Source of the DNA: an uncultured Rivularia sp.
GTDB taxonomy: Bacteria > Cyanobacteriota > Cyanobacteriia > Cyanobacteriales > Nostocaceae
DNA: 64,000 nt
Assembly (NCBI GenBank): GCA_963665115.1
Contig: OY762007.1
Span: forward strand, 2,848,001-2,912,000
Direction of reading: 5' to 3'
Shown here: piece after piece, positions 1 to 10,181 of the stretch
Position numbering within the stretch: position 1 is the stretch's first letter
How the letters are laid out: each line of letters begins with the position of its first letter
Position numbers and translations under genes: made by a program
Notes under the pieces: model-generated
What the model saw: the letters and a program-made list of their open reading frames with translations, nothing else
What the model was told of the DNA's origin: nothing
Database searches by the model: none

Positions 1-376
1 TACTTTTTCCGGTGATAAATTGCAAGCCTTATGAATAGATGCTTGAGTTTTTTCTAAACTTTGCTTGAGTTCGGTTGGCGAAAGTAGGGGAAAATTGTGG
101 TGAGAATAGCCATGTAAGCCAATCCAATGTCCGCGAGAATAAACTTGTTTGGCTATATGCGGCGCACGCTCAACACAAACACCCAGCCAAAAAAAACTTG
201 CTGGGATTTGATAACGATCTAAAACTTTGAGTAGTTGCTGCGTGTATTGCGGATGAGGGGCCATCATCGAAAGTGAGAGCGATGGTTTTGGAATTAGGAT
301 TACCCCTCCAAAGACATTTAGGAAAACTTGATTTAAGAATTGGGTATAGAAGCGGAAATAAAGGATAAAGCTGCAT
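1..376 (-). CDS. Polysaccharide deacetylase (NodB family); runs off the window edge; apparent +1 frameshift at 257-260
   Basis: IALTFDDGP motif. Removing one G from the run at 257-260 gives FDDGPHPQYTQQLLKVLDRYQIPASFFWLG, continuing to GHWIGLHGYSH. Confidence 0.85.
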
Positions 377-428
377 TGTTGGGAATTGGGAATTGGGAAT
401 GGGGGATAGGGAATTGGGAATTGGGGAA
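377..428. repeat. STRR heptamer tract (AATTGGG)n
   Basis: Tandem, partly degenerate AATTGGG units, typical of heterocystous cyanobacteria. Confidence 0.85.
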
Positions 429-557
429 ATTATACTTCCATCATTTCCTCTTCACAGTTCTGATATGGTTTCGTAGCAAATTCTGTAACAATCTAACTAA
501 TTTTCTAATTTCTCGTTTAGATTGGAATAAATTTAGGAGTAATCCCGGAATAAGCGG

Positions 558-1406
558 GTGATGTTGTTTAAAGATATACGAGACTATCAAATACTTTATC
601 TTTCTCTATTCCTTATTTTAGGTATAGGTACGAGAGATTGGACGCTGCGACCGTCGATGATTGTTGTTACAATTGCGACCAGTTTGGTTATGCAATCGCT
701 TTTAACATTTATCGTCAATCGTTGGTCATTTGCCGATGACCAAGAAAATAAAGAATATTTTGAACATAAAATCAATATTCGCAGTCCTTTAATTACATCC
801 TTGGGAATCAGCTTACTTTTACGAGCCGATTATCCCACAACGATGTTTGTTGCTGCTGCTTGTGCGATCGCCAGTAAGTTTGTTTTCAAGTTTGAGGATA
901 AGCATTTTTTCAATCCCGCTAATTTTGGAATTATTTCTGCATTGGTGCTAACCCCTGACGCTTGGGTTTCTCCAGGACAATGGGGGGAAGACTGGTGGTA
1001 TGCATTTCTATTTGTGGGTACAGGCGGCATGATTTTGCACCGTATCGGACGTTGGGATACTACAGCAGCATTTTTGGGGTTTTACGCCCTATTAGAAGCT
1101 GTACGTAATTTCTGGCTAAATTGGACTTGGGATGTTTACCTGCATCGCTTGATGAGTGGTTCTTTATTGCTCTTTGCCTTGTTCATGGTAACTGACCCTC
1201 GTTCCATTCCCAATTCCCGCACTGGCAGATTAACATGGGCTGCCTGCATAGCCTTATTAACCTTCATTCTGCGAAACAACTTTTATCTTCCCACAGCAGT
1301 ATTTTGGGCATTGTTTGCCCTAGCACCGCTAACGGTAATATTCGACCAACTTTGGAAAGCATCGCGTTTTTCGTGGAGCAATGAACAACTAACAACTAAC
1401 AACTAA
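558..1406 (+). CDS. RnfD/NqrB-like integral membrane protein
   Basis: Multi-TM protein with KHFFNPANFG and LFMVTDPRSIP motifs. Confidence 0.75.
   Translation: MMLFKDIRDYQILYLSLFLILGIGTRDWTLRPSMIVVTIATSLVMQSLLTFIVNRWSFADDQENKEYFEHKINIRSPLITSLGISLLLRADYPTTMFVAAACAIASKFVFKFEDKHFFNPANFGIISALVLTPDAWVSPGQWGEDWWYAFLFVGTGGMILHRIGRWDTTAAFLGFYALLEAVRNFWLNWTWDVYLHRLMSGSLLLFALFMVTDPRSIPNSRTGRLTWAACIALLTFILRNNFYLPTAVFWALFALAPLTVIFDQLWKASRFSWSNEQLTTNN
864..871. repeat. HIP1 octamer GCGATCGC (one example; dispersed through the window)
   Basis: Many exact copies, e.g. 864, 3841, 5008. Confidence 0.95.
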
Positions 1407-1414
1407 CTATTCTC

Positions 1415-2779
1415 ATGAAACTATTTCGCGTATTAATTTCAGTATTGCTAACTTTCGTAATTTTTATTAGCTTTACTCCTTCGGCTTTGGCTTTTTGCGG
1501 CTTTTATGTTGCGAAAGCAGATTCAAAGCTGTATAACAAAGCTTCTCAAGTTGTAATTGCTCGTAAAGATAATCGTACTGTATTGACTATGGCGAATGAT
1601 TATCAGGGCGATGTAAAAGATTTTGCGATGGTTGTACCCGTTCCTACGGTATTAAAAGAAGAACAAGTCAAGGTTGGTAAACCTAAAGTAATCGAACATT
1701 TGGATGCTTTTAGCGCTCCGCGATTAGTTGAGTATTTTGATGAAGATCCTTGCGCTCCTGTTCTTTACGATCGAGCATTAGAAAGTGCAGCTCCTCGTTC
1801 AGCACCAACAGCAAATCAAGCGATGAAAAGGAGTAACAGCAGTTTGGGTGTGACGGTAGAAGCAGAATTCAATGTCGGTGAATACGATATTGTCATTCTT
1901 AGCGCTAAGGAATCTAGAGGTTTGGAAAGGTGGCTGCGCGGTAACGGCTATAAAATTCCTAGAGGTGCAAAACGCTTACTAAATCCTTATATTCGTCAAC
2001 AGATGAAGTTCTTTGTTGCTAAAGTCAATTTAGAAAAGTTTGACGAAAAGGGTTATCAGAAACTTCGTCCTTTACAAATTTCCTACGAATCTTCTAAATT
2101 CATGTTACCGATTCGTTTGGGAATGGTTAATTCCACATCGGAACAAGATTTAATTGCCTATATTCTTTCACCAAAGGGACAAGCGGAACTTACAAACTAC
2201 CGCACGGCAAAGATTCCCTCAAACATGAATATTCCGGTTTATGTCAAACAAGAGTTTGGCGACTTCTATAAATCGATGTTCCAAACCTCATATACAAAAG
2301 AAGATAAAAAGGTTGCATTCTTAGAATACGCTTGGGATATGGGCAATTGCGACCCTTGTTCTGCCGATCCATTATCTAGAGAAGAACTTAAAGATGCTGG
2401 TGTATTTTGGCTGGATGATAATTCTAATGATGCACCCCCCAACTTCCGTCGTCGTCCACCTTCGAGCAACGTCTTTATTACTCGTTTGCACGTCCGCTAT
2501 ACCCGCGATAAGTTCCCCGAAGATTTGATGTTTCAGGAAACTTCCAACCGCGACAATTTTCAAGGACGTTATGTTTTACAACACGCTTTTACTGGTGAAG
2601 CCAACTGTCGCGCAGGTAGACAATATAAAATGTCTTTGAGAAAGCGTTTTGAAAAAGAAGCGCAAACTCTCGCCAAATTAACTAACTGGAATATTCAAGA
2701 TATTCGTCAAAAGATGAAGATTGAAGGACAAGCAAGTGTTTCGTTTTGGCAGGGTTTTCTGTCTTGGTTTGGAATGTAG
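1415..2779 (+). CDS. DUF2330-type exported protein
   Basis: Signal peptide followed by FCGFYVA, DFAMVVPVP, CDPC and FITRLH; starts 8 bp after the RnfD-like gene. Confidence 0.75.
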   Translation: MKLFRVLISVLLTFVIFISFTPSALAFCGFYVAKADSKLYNKASQVVIARKDNRTVLTMANDYQGDVKDFAMVVPVPTVLKEEQVKVGKPKVIEHLDAFSAPRLVEYFDEDPCAPVLYDRALESAAPRSAPTANQAMKRSNSSLGVTVEAEFNVGEYDIVILSAKESRGLERWLRGNGYKIPRGAKRLLNPYIRQQMKFFVAKVNLEKFDEKGYQKLRPLQISYESSKFMLPIRLGMVNSTSEQDLIAYILSPKGQAELTNYRTAKIPSNMNIPVYVKQEFGDFYKSMFQTSYTKEDKKVAFLEYAWDMGNCDPCSADPLSREELKDAGVFWLDDNSNDAPPNFRRRPPSSNVFITRLHVRYTRDKFPEDLMFQETSNRDNFQGRYVLQHAFTGEANCRAGRQYKMSLRKRFEKEAQTLAKLTNWNIQDIRQKMKIEGQASVSFWQGFLSWFGM

Positions 2780-3372
2780 AATCAGTTATTAGTGGTTGAT
2801 ATTAATTAGAACTTACGCAAAGCCCCTCTTATTTAAAAGGGGCTGCGGGATCTAAATCTGTGGAGTACTAATATTCCACCACATTAATTTTGAGGAGTAA
2901 TCAAGGTTCTAAGTGCCGACTTTAGTCCTCGGAAAAGGTGGGCTGAAGCCCTTACTACGAACCTTTTATTTCTTCATTCAAAAATAATGAAAATAAAATA
3001 TTATTTCGCCAAATTTCTAACTATTTAAAATTTTTTGATTAATCAAACTCATTTTATGATAAATTGAGTAGTTAAGGATTTTTATATAATCTTCTATTAA
3101 TTTCCTCATCAATTATTTTTAATAAAGAAGCCGTAGGGGCATTTCAAGCCCCTATTTGGCACTTTGTAAATCATTTACAAAGCTTGCCTAAATTTTTAAC
3201 TGAAGCGTCTACAATAATCCGACATCTAATTAAATGCCGAACTAAAAAGATGCTCTTGATATATAGAAGCAAATAACCATCCACCGAACAGAAAAACGTT
3301 TTCTATGGATTGTTATTTCGATTTATTGCCAGTTAAAACAGTAATTCGATTCTCGTTGCTACAATTTATGAT

Positions 3373-4647
3373 TTAGCGGCGAAATTCGTATATCGCTAAT
3401 AAACCATGAGAAGTTCCTAAGCCCTGTTGGAAATTCCATTCTAGATTTCTTAGTAGATAAGCTAGTTGGGGTTCAATCAAGTTGGCTCGCGGATCGTCAA
3501 AGTGCAAGTTAGGGGCTTGATTAATTAGACGGCGCAGAATGCGAATGCTATCGAGAACAATCGGTGAATGTTCAATTGGGGGTTCTGAAAGCAATTTTTC
3601 AGGTTTTCGCCACATATCCAGGCTTTCCATGCAACCGTACACTAAGGCATTCCAAGCAGATTGTAAGTTTTGGTAAAAGCGATTGATGTGGGGATGATTG
3701 GGATGAGGCTGATAGTCAAAAATTAATTGGCTTAAATCGGTGCGTATGTCCTGAGCGTGTAAGGAGTTGATAGCACTTCTGAGTGGAGACGCTTTGGGGT
3801 TAAATTCGGCAGTATCTGTATGACGACCAACTAAAATAGAGCGATCGCACAAGTGAAATTCTCCCACTTTCACATTCATTTTTTCGGCAGTTGCTCTTAA
3901 AAAGCGGTCGAGTTCTTCTCCACCCCAGTAACGAATGGGAAATCTCTCTACATCTTTAGTATTTCTTTTCTCTGGTGGATAAAGATAAGACATCGAGTAA
4001 GTCTGCATATCGCTGCTTTTTCCTTGAACCTCTCCCCAATAGCAGGGCCATTCATAGGAATAGCGACCGAGCAAATCAGCGACAAAAATAGCTCTATCTC
4101 CCATATTCTGACAAATATCTCCAACTAACCGACCTAGGCTATCGTCAGAGAGGTGGGACAAAGATCCATATGAAGAGTAATAAAGATCGAAAGGAGCTTC
4201 ACCAGATTCGATAGGAAGCCCCTCATCAAGGTCTGCCACCATAAATTGTGTTTGGTCGTGGTGAGCGTGAATACTCTCAGCTTTGCCTATCATTGCAGGG
4301 CTGATATCGACCCCTTTGTAAAACTCAATATCCGATCCATTCACGAGCGAACTGAATTGAGCATCTAGAGTCGGACTTGTACGAGGTAAAGTCGTCAGGA
4401 TATTCCAGCCTTCTCCCGCACCACATCCAAGATCCATGATGCGAACTCCATGATTTTCGGCTCGCTTTCTTTCGAGCAAACGCCGTATAGGAGGGCTAAG
4501 TACATAACGGGTATAACGGTCTTCCCAATACTTCCGCACGCTATCGCATTTACTACCTAGACCGACTAGTTTACTGTCGTATGCTCCAACTTCAACTGCT
4601 TTCGCGTAGTTGTTTAATACATTGTTCAATACAGTCTGTTGATTCAT
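3373..4647 (-). CDS. Class I SAM-dependent methyltransferase, 424 aa, substrate unknown
   Basis: IMDLGCGAG (motif I), GVDISPAM and ADL motifs, with a long C-terminal extension. Confidence 0.8.
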   Translation of the reverse strand: MNQQTVLNNVLNNYAKAVEVGAYDSKLVGLGSKCDSVRKYWEDRYTRYVLSPPIRRLLERKRAENHGVRIMDLGCGAGEGWNILTTLPRTSPTLDAQFSSLVNGSDIEFYKGVDISPAMIGKAESIHAHHDQTQFMVADLDEGLPIESGEAPFDLYYSSYGSLSHLSDDSLGRLVGDICQNMGDRAIFVADLLGRYSYEWPCYWGEVQGKSSDMQTYSMSYLYPPEKRNTKDVERFPIRYWGGEELDRFLRATAEKMNVKVGEFHLCDRSILVGRHTDTAEFNPKASPLRSAINSLHAQDIRTDLSQLIFDYQPHPNHPHINRFYQNLQSAWNALVYGCMESLDMWRKPEKLLSEPPIEHSPIVLDSIRILRRLINQAPNLHFDDPRANLIEPQLAYLLRNLEWNFQQGLGTSHGLLAIYEFRR

Positions 4648-4774
4648 ATGCTTATAGAAAGGAAATTTCTATCAAGAGAGAATTCATACTCATTCTCTCA
4701 CATGGTATACCCTATACAAAATCCTCGAAGATGTTCGTCGGGGGAATTTCACCGTTTTGCACGTAACTCTTTTG

Positions 4775-4780
4775 ATTATA
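4775..4780 (-). promoter_or_regulatory. Candidate -10 box (TATAAT) for the methyltransferase gene
   Basis: Exact TATAAT on the minus strand about 130 nt upstream of the ATG. Confidence 0.35.
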
Positions 4781-4909
4781 AATGACTGTTTTGATACCGA
4801 TCTACACGTATTATTTTTGTCGAGTTATTTTTTACGTCCAGCGGCTGAATGTTCTGCTGGACGAAGCTTTAGCCGATTGCTAAAAAATATAAAATCAGGT
4901 TATGAACTT

Positions 4910-6412
4910 TTATACAGGACGTTCTGACCAGCGAGCAACATTATTTGAGACAACTTCAGAATTTTCAAAAACATCCACAAAAATATTGTGATAAAAACAT
5001 TCTTCAGGCGATCGCAAATGTACGTGTGGGTGTTTTTGCTGATAAGCTTGGGCTTGTTTTTGAGTCATTTTGTGAGAAAGCAGTTCTTCGAGCATATCTA
5101 CAGTTCCGCTGCCTTCGTCAAACTGTTCTTTCTTTCGCCAAACGATTTCGGAGGGAAGCATATCCTCAAAGGCTTTGCGTAAAATCCATTTTTCTACTAG
5201 GGGTTCTCCGACTAATTTCAAATTAGCAGGGATTTGCTGACCTAGCTCAATCATGTTTAAGTCTAAAAATGGAACTCTTCCTTCGATAGCATGAGCCATT
5301 GTCATCCGGTCAACTCGCTGTAAATTGATATTGTGCAAGCTAGAAACCGAACGACGTAATTCTTTATGCAGAACATCTTCGTCGGGAATATCTTTGTAAT
5401 AGGTATAGCCTGCAAACAACTCGTCCGCACCTTCTCCAGTCAAAATAACTTTGACATATTCGGCCGCCATCCGAGAGGTAAAATAACAAGGAATGGCGCT
5501 GCGAACCAAATCTTGGTCAAAAGATTCTAAATAATAAATTATTTCGGGAAGTTTTGCGTTAACTTCTTCTGGAGTAATAACGTATTCGTGGTGAATTGTT
5601 CCCAAATGGGCGCTAACCTTCCTAGCTGCTGACAAATCGCGACTATCACCAATACCCACGCTAAAAGTATGTAGCTCTTTTTGATGCTGCTTAGCAACTG
5701 CTGCAATAATACTGCTATCAAGTCCACCAGAGAGAAAAGCACCCAAAGGAACATCGCTCATCAAGCGCTTGATTACAGATTCTTCTACCGTTTGACGTAC
5801 CCTTTTAATTAACGCTTCGACATCAACATTGCTATCCGGGTATAAATCGGGAACGCTATAAAAAGTAGAAAAACCTTTTTCCGAATGATAATAACTACCG
5901 GGGGGAAATTCCTTAACATTATTACAATGTTTAGAAATTGCCTTTAATTCAGAAGCGAAAACCCAAGCTCCTTCCATTTCCCCATAATATAGAGGCTTGA
6001 TACCAATTGGGTCGCGGGCTACCAGTAAATTATCCCCATCAGCTATAGCAAATGCGTACATTCCATCAAGTTGTTCTATAGCCGAAACTCCTCTATCTTC
6101 GTAAAGTCTGAGAATTGCTTCGCTATCGCTACTAGTTACAAAATCGCTCTGCTCTTGTAAACTCGAACGTAATTGAGGAAAATTATAAATCTCACCATTC
6201 GCGATGATTGCACGAGTTGGGACTTCCCCATAAATTGGCTGATCCCCACCTTTTGGGTCCATAATACTTAAACGCCGATGTCCCAAATTTCCAGATTGAT
6301 TCGCAGGAGCGTACATTCCTTCAGCATCAGGACCTCGGTGAGCTATGCTATCCATCATGCTTTTTACTAAGATGGGATTAGTTTGACCCCAAATACCAGT
6401 AATTCCGCACAT
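4910..6412 (-). CDS. asnB: Asparagine synthase (glutamine-hydrolysing) family amidotransferase
   Basis: N-terminal MCGI, HRGPD, GHRRLSIMD, NGEIYN, SGGLDSS and TGEGADELF. Confidence 0.9.
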   Translation of the reverse strand: MCGITGIWGQTNPILVKSMMDSIAHRGPDAEGMYAPANQSGNLGHRRLSIMDPKGGDQPIYGEVPTRAIIANGEIYNFPQLRSSLQEQSDFVTSSDSEAILRLYEDRGVSAIEQLDGMYAFAIADGDNLLVARDPIGIKPLYYGEMEGAWVFASELKAISKHCNNVKEFPPGSYYHSEKGFSTFYSVPDLYPDSNVDVEALIKRVRQTVEESVIKRLMSDVPLGAFLSGGLDSSIIAAVAKQHQKELHTFSVGIGDSRDLSAARKVSAHLGTIHHEYVITPEEVNAKLPEIIYYLESFDQDLVRSAIPCYFTSRMAAEYVKVILTGEGADELFAGYTYYKDIPDEDVLHKELRRSVSSLHNINLQRVDRMTMAHAIEGRVPFLDLNMIELGQQIPANLKLVGEPLVEKWILRKAFEDMLPSEIVWRKKEQFDEGSGTVDMLEELLSHKMTQKQAQAYQQKHPHVHLRSPEECFYHNIFVDVFENSEVVSNNVARWSERPV

Positions 6413-6864
6413 ATTTTTTTAATTAATAATTAAGGTATATATTTTACACCGTTGCCGTGCGATCTTTTCAAAAATAAAAACCTAAATACTTACAGTTTTT
6501 ACTCAGAGTTGATTATATAGCCTAAAAAATATCGATCAAATTTCAGATAAAATATATTCAGATATATTTTATCTATATAGATTATAGATTAAGGTATAAA
6601 AACTAAAATAAATATTGGTTTAACCTACTGAAACCCTTGTAGGGTTGAAATTATCTCAATTATTTATATAGTGAGTCTTGGCAAGCATTTGCAGTATGAA
6701 AATGATATAAATCATGATTACTTTATAATTTTTTTAATACCAAAGAAAGAGGTTTGTTTTCAAAGAAAAATTATTCAATACCAAAAGAAAAGCTGAATAT
6801 TAAATTTTTTTCTGCTATACATTGATTAATTTGATGACTGATAGAAAACCCTGATTTTTGAGTT

Positions 6865-6937
6865 GTAGGTTGGGTTAGACACGAAAAGAAATAACAACAA
6901 AACAAAGATATCTGTCAATCGTGTCGTAACCCAACAT
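6865..6937 (+). repeat. Long-loop GTAG REP-like hairpin (GTAGGTTGGGTTAG...CGTAACCCAACAT)
   Basis: Inverted arms of about 15 bp around an AT-rich loop; related copies at 14828, 37784, 37882, 37995, 38093 and 39104. Confidence 0.85.
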
Positions 6938-7152
6938 CAGAACAAAGGTAGTCAACCAGATTAATTTGAAGGGGTTCGTACTAAGGACGGAGATCCTTAG
7001 AAGAAAGGATAGAAGTCCTTACTACACTTTACTACTGATTTATTGCAAGATGTATATAATTAGTCACAATAAGCCTACTCAAATCTATGAAGCCGGTGTT
7101 AGGGTGAAGTATTCAAATTTACGTAAAATTATTTCTGCCCCTTAAGTTCACC

Positions 7153-7578
7153 ATGTCAAAATTTTTATCTGCAACCTTAATAACAACAGTTCTATTACTG
7201 GGATTTAACGAAAACCCAAAACCTGCGATCGCCGGAACCTGTGCTTCCCAATGCGGCGCAAAGCCACTCCAATTTACACCGGGTAGTTACATCCGAGTAG
7301 AAGTAGTAAACAAGACACCAAATTTAATTTATATCGAGAAACCACAAGGTACCAATCCAATTGCTTTACGACCGGGACAGAAAGTACGATTAGAACAGGG
7401 AGATGGAACCGAACCAAATATATCCGTAGTTTTCTGGAATGAAAATGGATTATCGTTAAAAGCCAACCTTTCCAAACCAAACTTTGCTACCTTACAAGTC
7501 GAATTACGTCCCGAATGGCGGATTGGTGGGGATAGAGGTTTATATTTACGCGATGATGGGCGGGTACAGTTGCTTTAA
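7153..7578 (+). CDS. Exported hypothetical protein
   Basis: 141-aa ORF with a signal peptide and a CASQC motif. Confidence 0.7.
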   Translation: MSKFLSATLITTVLLLGFNENPKPAIAGTCASQCGAKPLQFTPGSYIRVEVVNKTPNLIYIEKPQGTNPIALRPGQKVRLEQGDGTEPNISVVFWNENGLSLKANLSKPNFATLQVELRPEWRIGGDRGLYLRDDGRVQLL

Positions 7579-7998
7579 GAAAGTTAGGAGTTAAGAGTTA
7601 AGAATTTTTTGTAGTGGGAGCATCTTGCTCCCTGAAAATCAACCACTTGCTCCCTTAAAATCAACCATTTGAAAAAAGGACTAAACTCCTTACTACGAAC
7701 CTTTATTTACATCGAATTTTCTAAACCCGGTTTATTTGTAGATAGCGAAAAAAATGCGCTTCTAAATCTATGAACCGGGTTTCTTATTGCAAGAAGGTAA
7801 ATTTTGGTTTTAATTTTTAATTTGTGCGAGTAGTATATTTTAGGCTGAAACAGAAATTTCAAAGTTGATAACTTTGATAACAATGTTCTTAACCATCTTG
7901 AAAATGTTGTCATGTTTGTAGGTTAATTAAACAGGACTGTCTTTTTCATAATTCCTAACTCCCAACTCCCAATTCCTAACTCCCAACTAATTCTTCGT

Positions 7999-10089
7999 AT
8001 GCTAGACGAAATCAAACCTAAATCTCCCCGCGATCGACGTTTACCATTACAACGCTGGCAAATTTATCCTCAAAAAATTGAATTAGCGAAAAAGTTGGCA
8101 CGGGTGAATAATATGTCGCCTTTAATCAATCAGTTATTAATTAATCGCGGCTTTGATTTACCCGATACGGCAGAAATATTTTTAAATCCACAATCGTTAA
8201 GTTTACCGGAACCTTTAGATGAATTTCCAGATTTAGCACTTAGCGTAGAATTGCTGCAAAATGCCATTACTTCTCAAGAAAAAATAGCTATTTGCGGCGA
8301 TTATGATGCTGATGGGATGACTAGCACGGCTTTACTTTTACGGAGTTTACGGACTTTTGGTGCTGACGTTGATTATGCTATTCCCAGTCGGATGCATGAA
8401 GGTTATGGTATCAACAAGCGAATTATTGAAGAGTTTCATTCGGAAGGTGTAGGAATTATTCTGACTGTAGATAATGGTATCTCCGCATTTGAACCCATTG
8501 CTAGAGCCAAGGAATTAGGATTAAAAACAATTATCACAGATCATCACGATATTCCCCAAAAATTACCTCCTGCTGATGCGATTTTAAATCCTAAGTTACT
8601 ACCGGAATCTTCGGTGTATCGCGGTGTTGCTGGTGTCGGTGTTGCTTATATTTTGGCAATGTCTCTAGCAGAAAAATTGGATAGAGCCGAAGAAATATCG
8701 GATACGATGCTGGAATTATTTGCTTTAGGAACAATTGCAGATTTGGCTCCGCTAGTGGGGGTTAACCGTACCTGGGTGAAACGCGGTTTACGGTTATTAC
8801 CCAAATCTCAACTAGCAGGAATACAAGCATTGATTCAAATGGCTGGAGTGCAAGCTTTGGGAAGTCAGGCAGTAGGGAATAACTTTCTAAATCCAAAATC
8901 CAAAATCAAGAATCCAAAATCGTTGAAGCCTGACGATATTGGTTTTCGTTTGGGGCCGCGAATTAATGCTATAGGTAGAATTGGCGACCCGCAAATTATT
9001 ATAGAATTATTAACTACTGACGATGTAGGGATAGCACTCGAACGCGCAATGCAGTGTGAAGCGACTAATGCGCGTCGTCGGGAAATGTGCGAGGAAATTG
9101 AAAAACAGGCTATTGCATTAGTAGAAACCCTGGGCGTTGCTTCTTTAAAGGATGATCGAGTATTAGTTATCGTTCAACCAGACTGGCATCATGGAGTGAT
9201 TGGTATTGTTGCCTCGCGATTACTCGAACGTTACGGAGTTCCGGTGTTTATCGGTACTTATGAAGATGACAACCATATTCGCGGTTCGGCAAGAGGTATT
9301 CCCGAATTTAATATATTTGACGCTTTGCAATATTGCGACGATCTACTCGGTAAATACGGGGGACATAAAGCAGCGGGGGGATTTTCTTTACCAGCAGAAA
9401 ATCTGGAAGCAGTGCGTCAGCGTTTGAGCGAATTTGCAAATCAATGTCTCGAACTCCAGCACCTTAAACCTTTAATCAAGATTGACACTTTAGCTAATCT
9501 CAATGAAGTCAATCGAGAACTTTACCAGCAAATTAATGCTTTAGAACCCTGTGGAATTGAAAACCCAAATCCGGTTTTTTGGACTCCCAACGTCAAAGTA
9601 CTCGAACAGCAAATCGTTGGCAAAGGACATATTAAATTTGCAGTAGGTCAAATGGTTAACGGGCAACAGTATAAAATCAAAGGTATAGCTTGGCGATGGC
9701 GCGATTATTTTCCTTTACCAACTCGAATAGATATTGCCTACAAGCTTAAAGAAAACAACTTTAACGGCAACAGTTCCATCGAATTAGAAGTATTAGGCGT
9801 TAGACTGCCAACTGATTCTCACTTCTTTTTTACTTACGAAGATAAACCCGTTAGAGCCACATTTGAATACAGCAATCGTCAGTATATCTGCGGCATTTAT
9901 CAAAATGTTTCTTCAGCGGAATTAAGAATTAAAAGTCCTGAAAACAAAATTTTAGCTGTTCAGCCGAAAAATGATATCGGTTTATTAGGAATTAATCGCG
10001 AACAAGCCGAAAAGGTTGATATATCTCAACCGCCTTACTACGATATTATTCAAGCTGCTTTGAAAGCCTTGGGAGAAGTGAAGAGTTAG
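7999..10089 (+). CDS. recJ: ssDNA-specific exonuclease RecJ
   Basis: GDYDADG, TVDNG, TDHH, GTIADL, PRINAIGR and GGHKAAGG motifs. Confidence 0.95.
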   Translation: MLDEIKPKSPRDRRLPLQRWQIYPQKIELAKKLARVNNMSPLINQLLINRGFDLPDTAEIFLNPQSLSLPEPLDEFPDLALSVELLQNAITSQEKIAICGDYDADGMTSTALLLRSLRTFGADVDYAIPSRMHEGYGINKRIIEEFHSEGVGIILTVDNGISAFEPIARAKELGLKTIITDHHDIPQKLPPADAILNPKLLPESSVYRGVAGVGVAYILAMSLAEKLDRAEEISDTMLELFALGTIADLAPLVGVNRTWVKRGLRLLPKSQLAGIQALIQMAGVQALGSQAVGNNFLNPKSKIKNPKSLKPDDIGFRLGPRINAIGRIGDPQIIIELLTTDDVGIALERAMQCEATNARRREMCEEIEKQAIALVETLGVASLKDDRVLVIVQPDWHHGVIGIVASRLLERYGVPVFIGTYEDDNHIRGSARGIPEFNIFDALQYCDDLLGKYGGHKAAGGFSLPAENLEAVRQRLSEFANQCLELQHLKPLIKIDTLANLNEVNRELYQQINALEPCGIENPNPVFWTPNVKVLEQQIVGKGHIKFAVGQMVNGQQYKIKGIAWRWRDYFPLPTRIDIAYKLKENNFNGNSSIELEVLGVRLPTDSHFFFTYEDKPVRATFEYSNRQYICGIYQNVSSAELRIKSPENKILAVQPKNDIGLLGINREQAEKVDISQPPYYDIIQAALKALGEVKS

Positions 10090-10181
10090 GAGTTGAGAGT
10101 GAAGAGTTAAGAATTTTTAACCTTTAACCTTTAACCTTTGACAGGAGTCACGAGACAAACTCATAACTCCATCAAAAAGCA

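Noticed and set aside
340..561. Short ORFs rich in GNWELG, QLPITNY or PCP (also 10869-11230, 35740-36390, 60037-60276, 61126-61332)
   Set aside because: These are translations of STRR heptamer tracts or antisense shadows.
4738..4754. GGTGAAATTCC suggesting an FMN or cobalamin riboswitch
   Set aside because: The other conserved blocks of those riboswitches are missing; kept only as an unassigned structured leader.
4945..5754. Small ORFs overlapping asnB, and similar ones within clpC, recJ, chlB, CyRepA1 and cobU
   Set aside because: They are alternative-frame or antisense ORFs inside well-supported genes and have no motifs.
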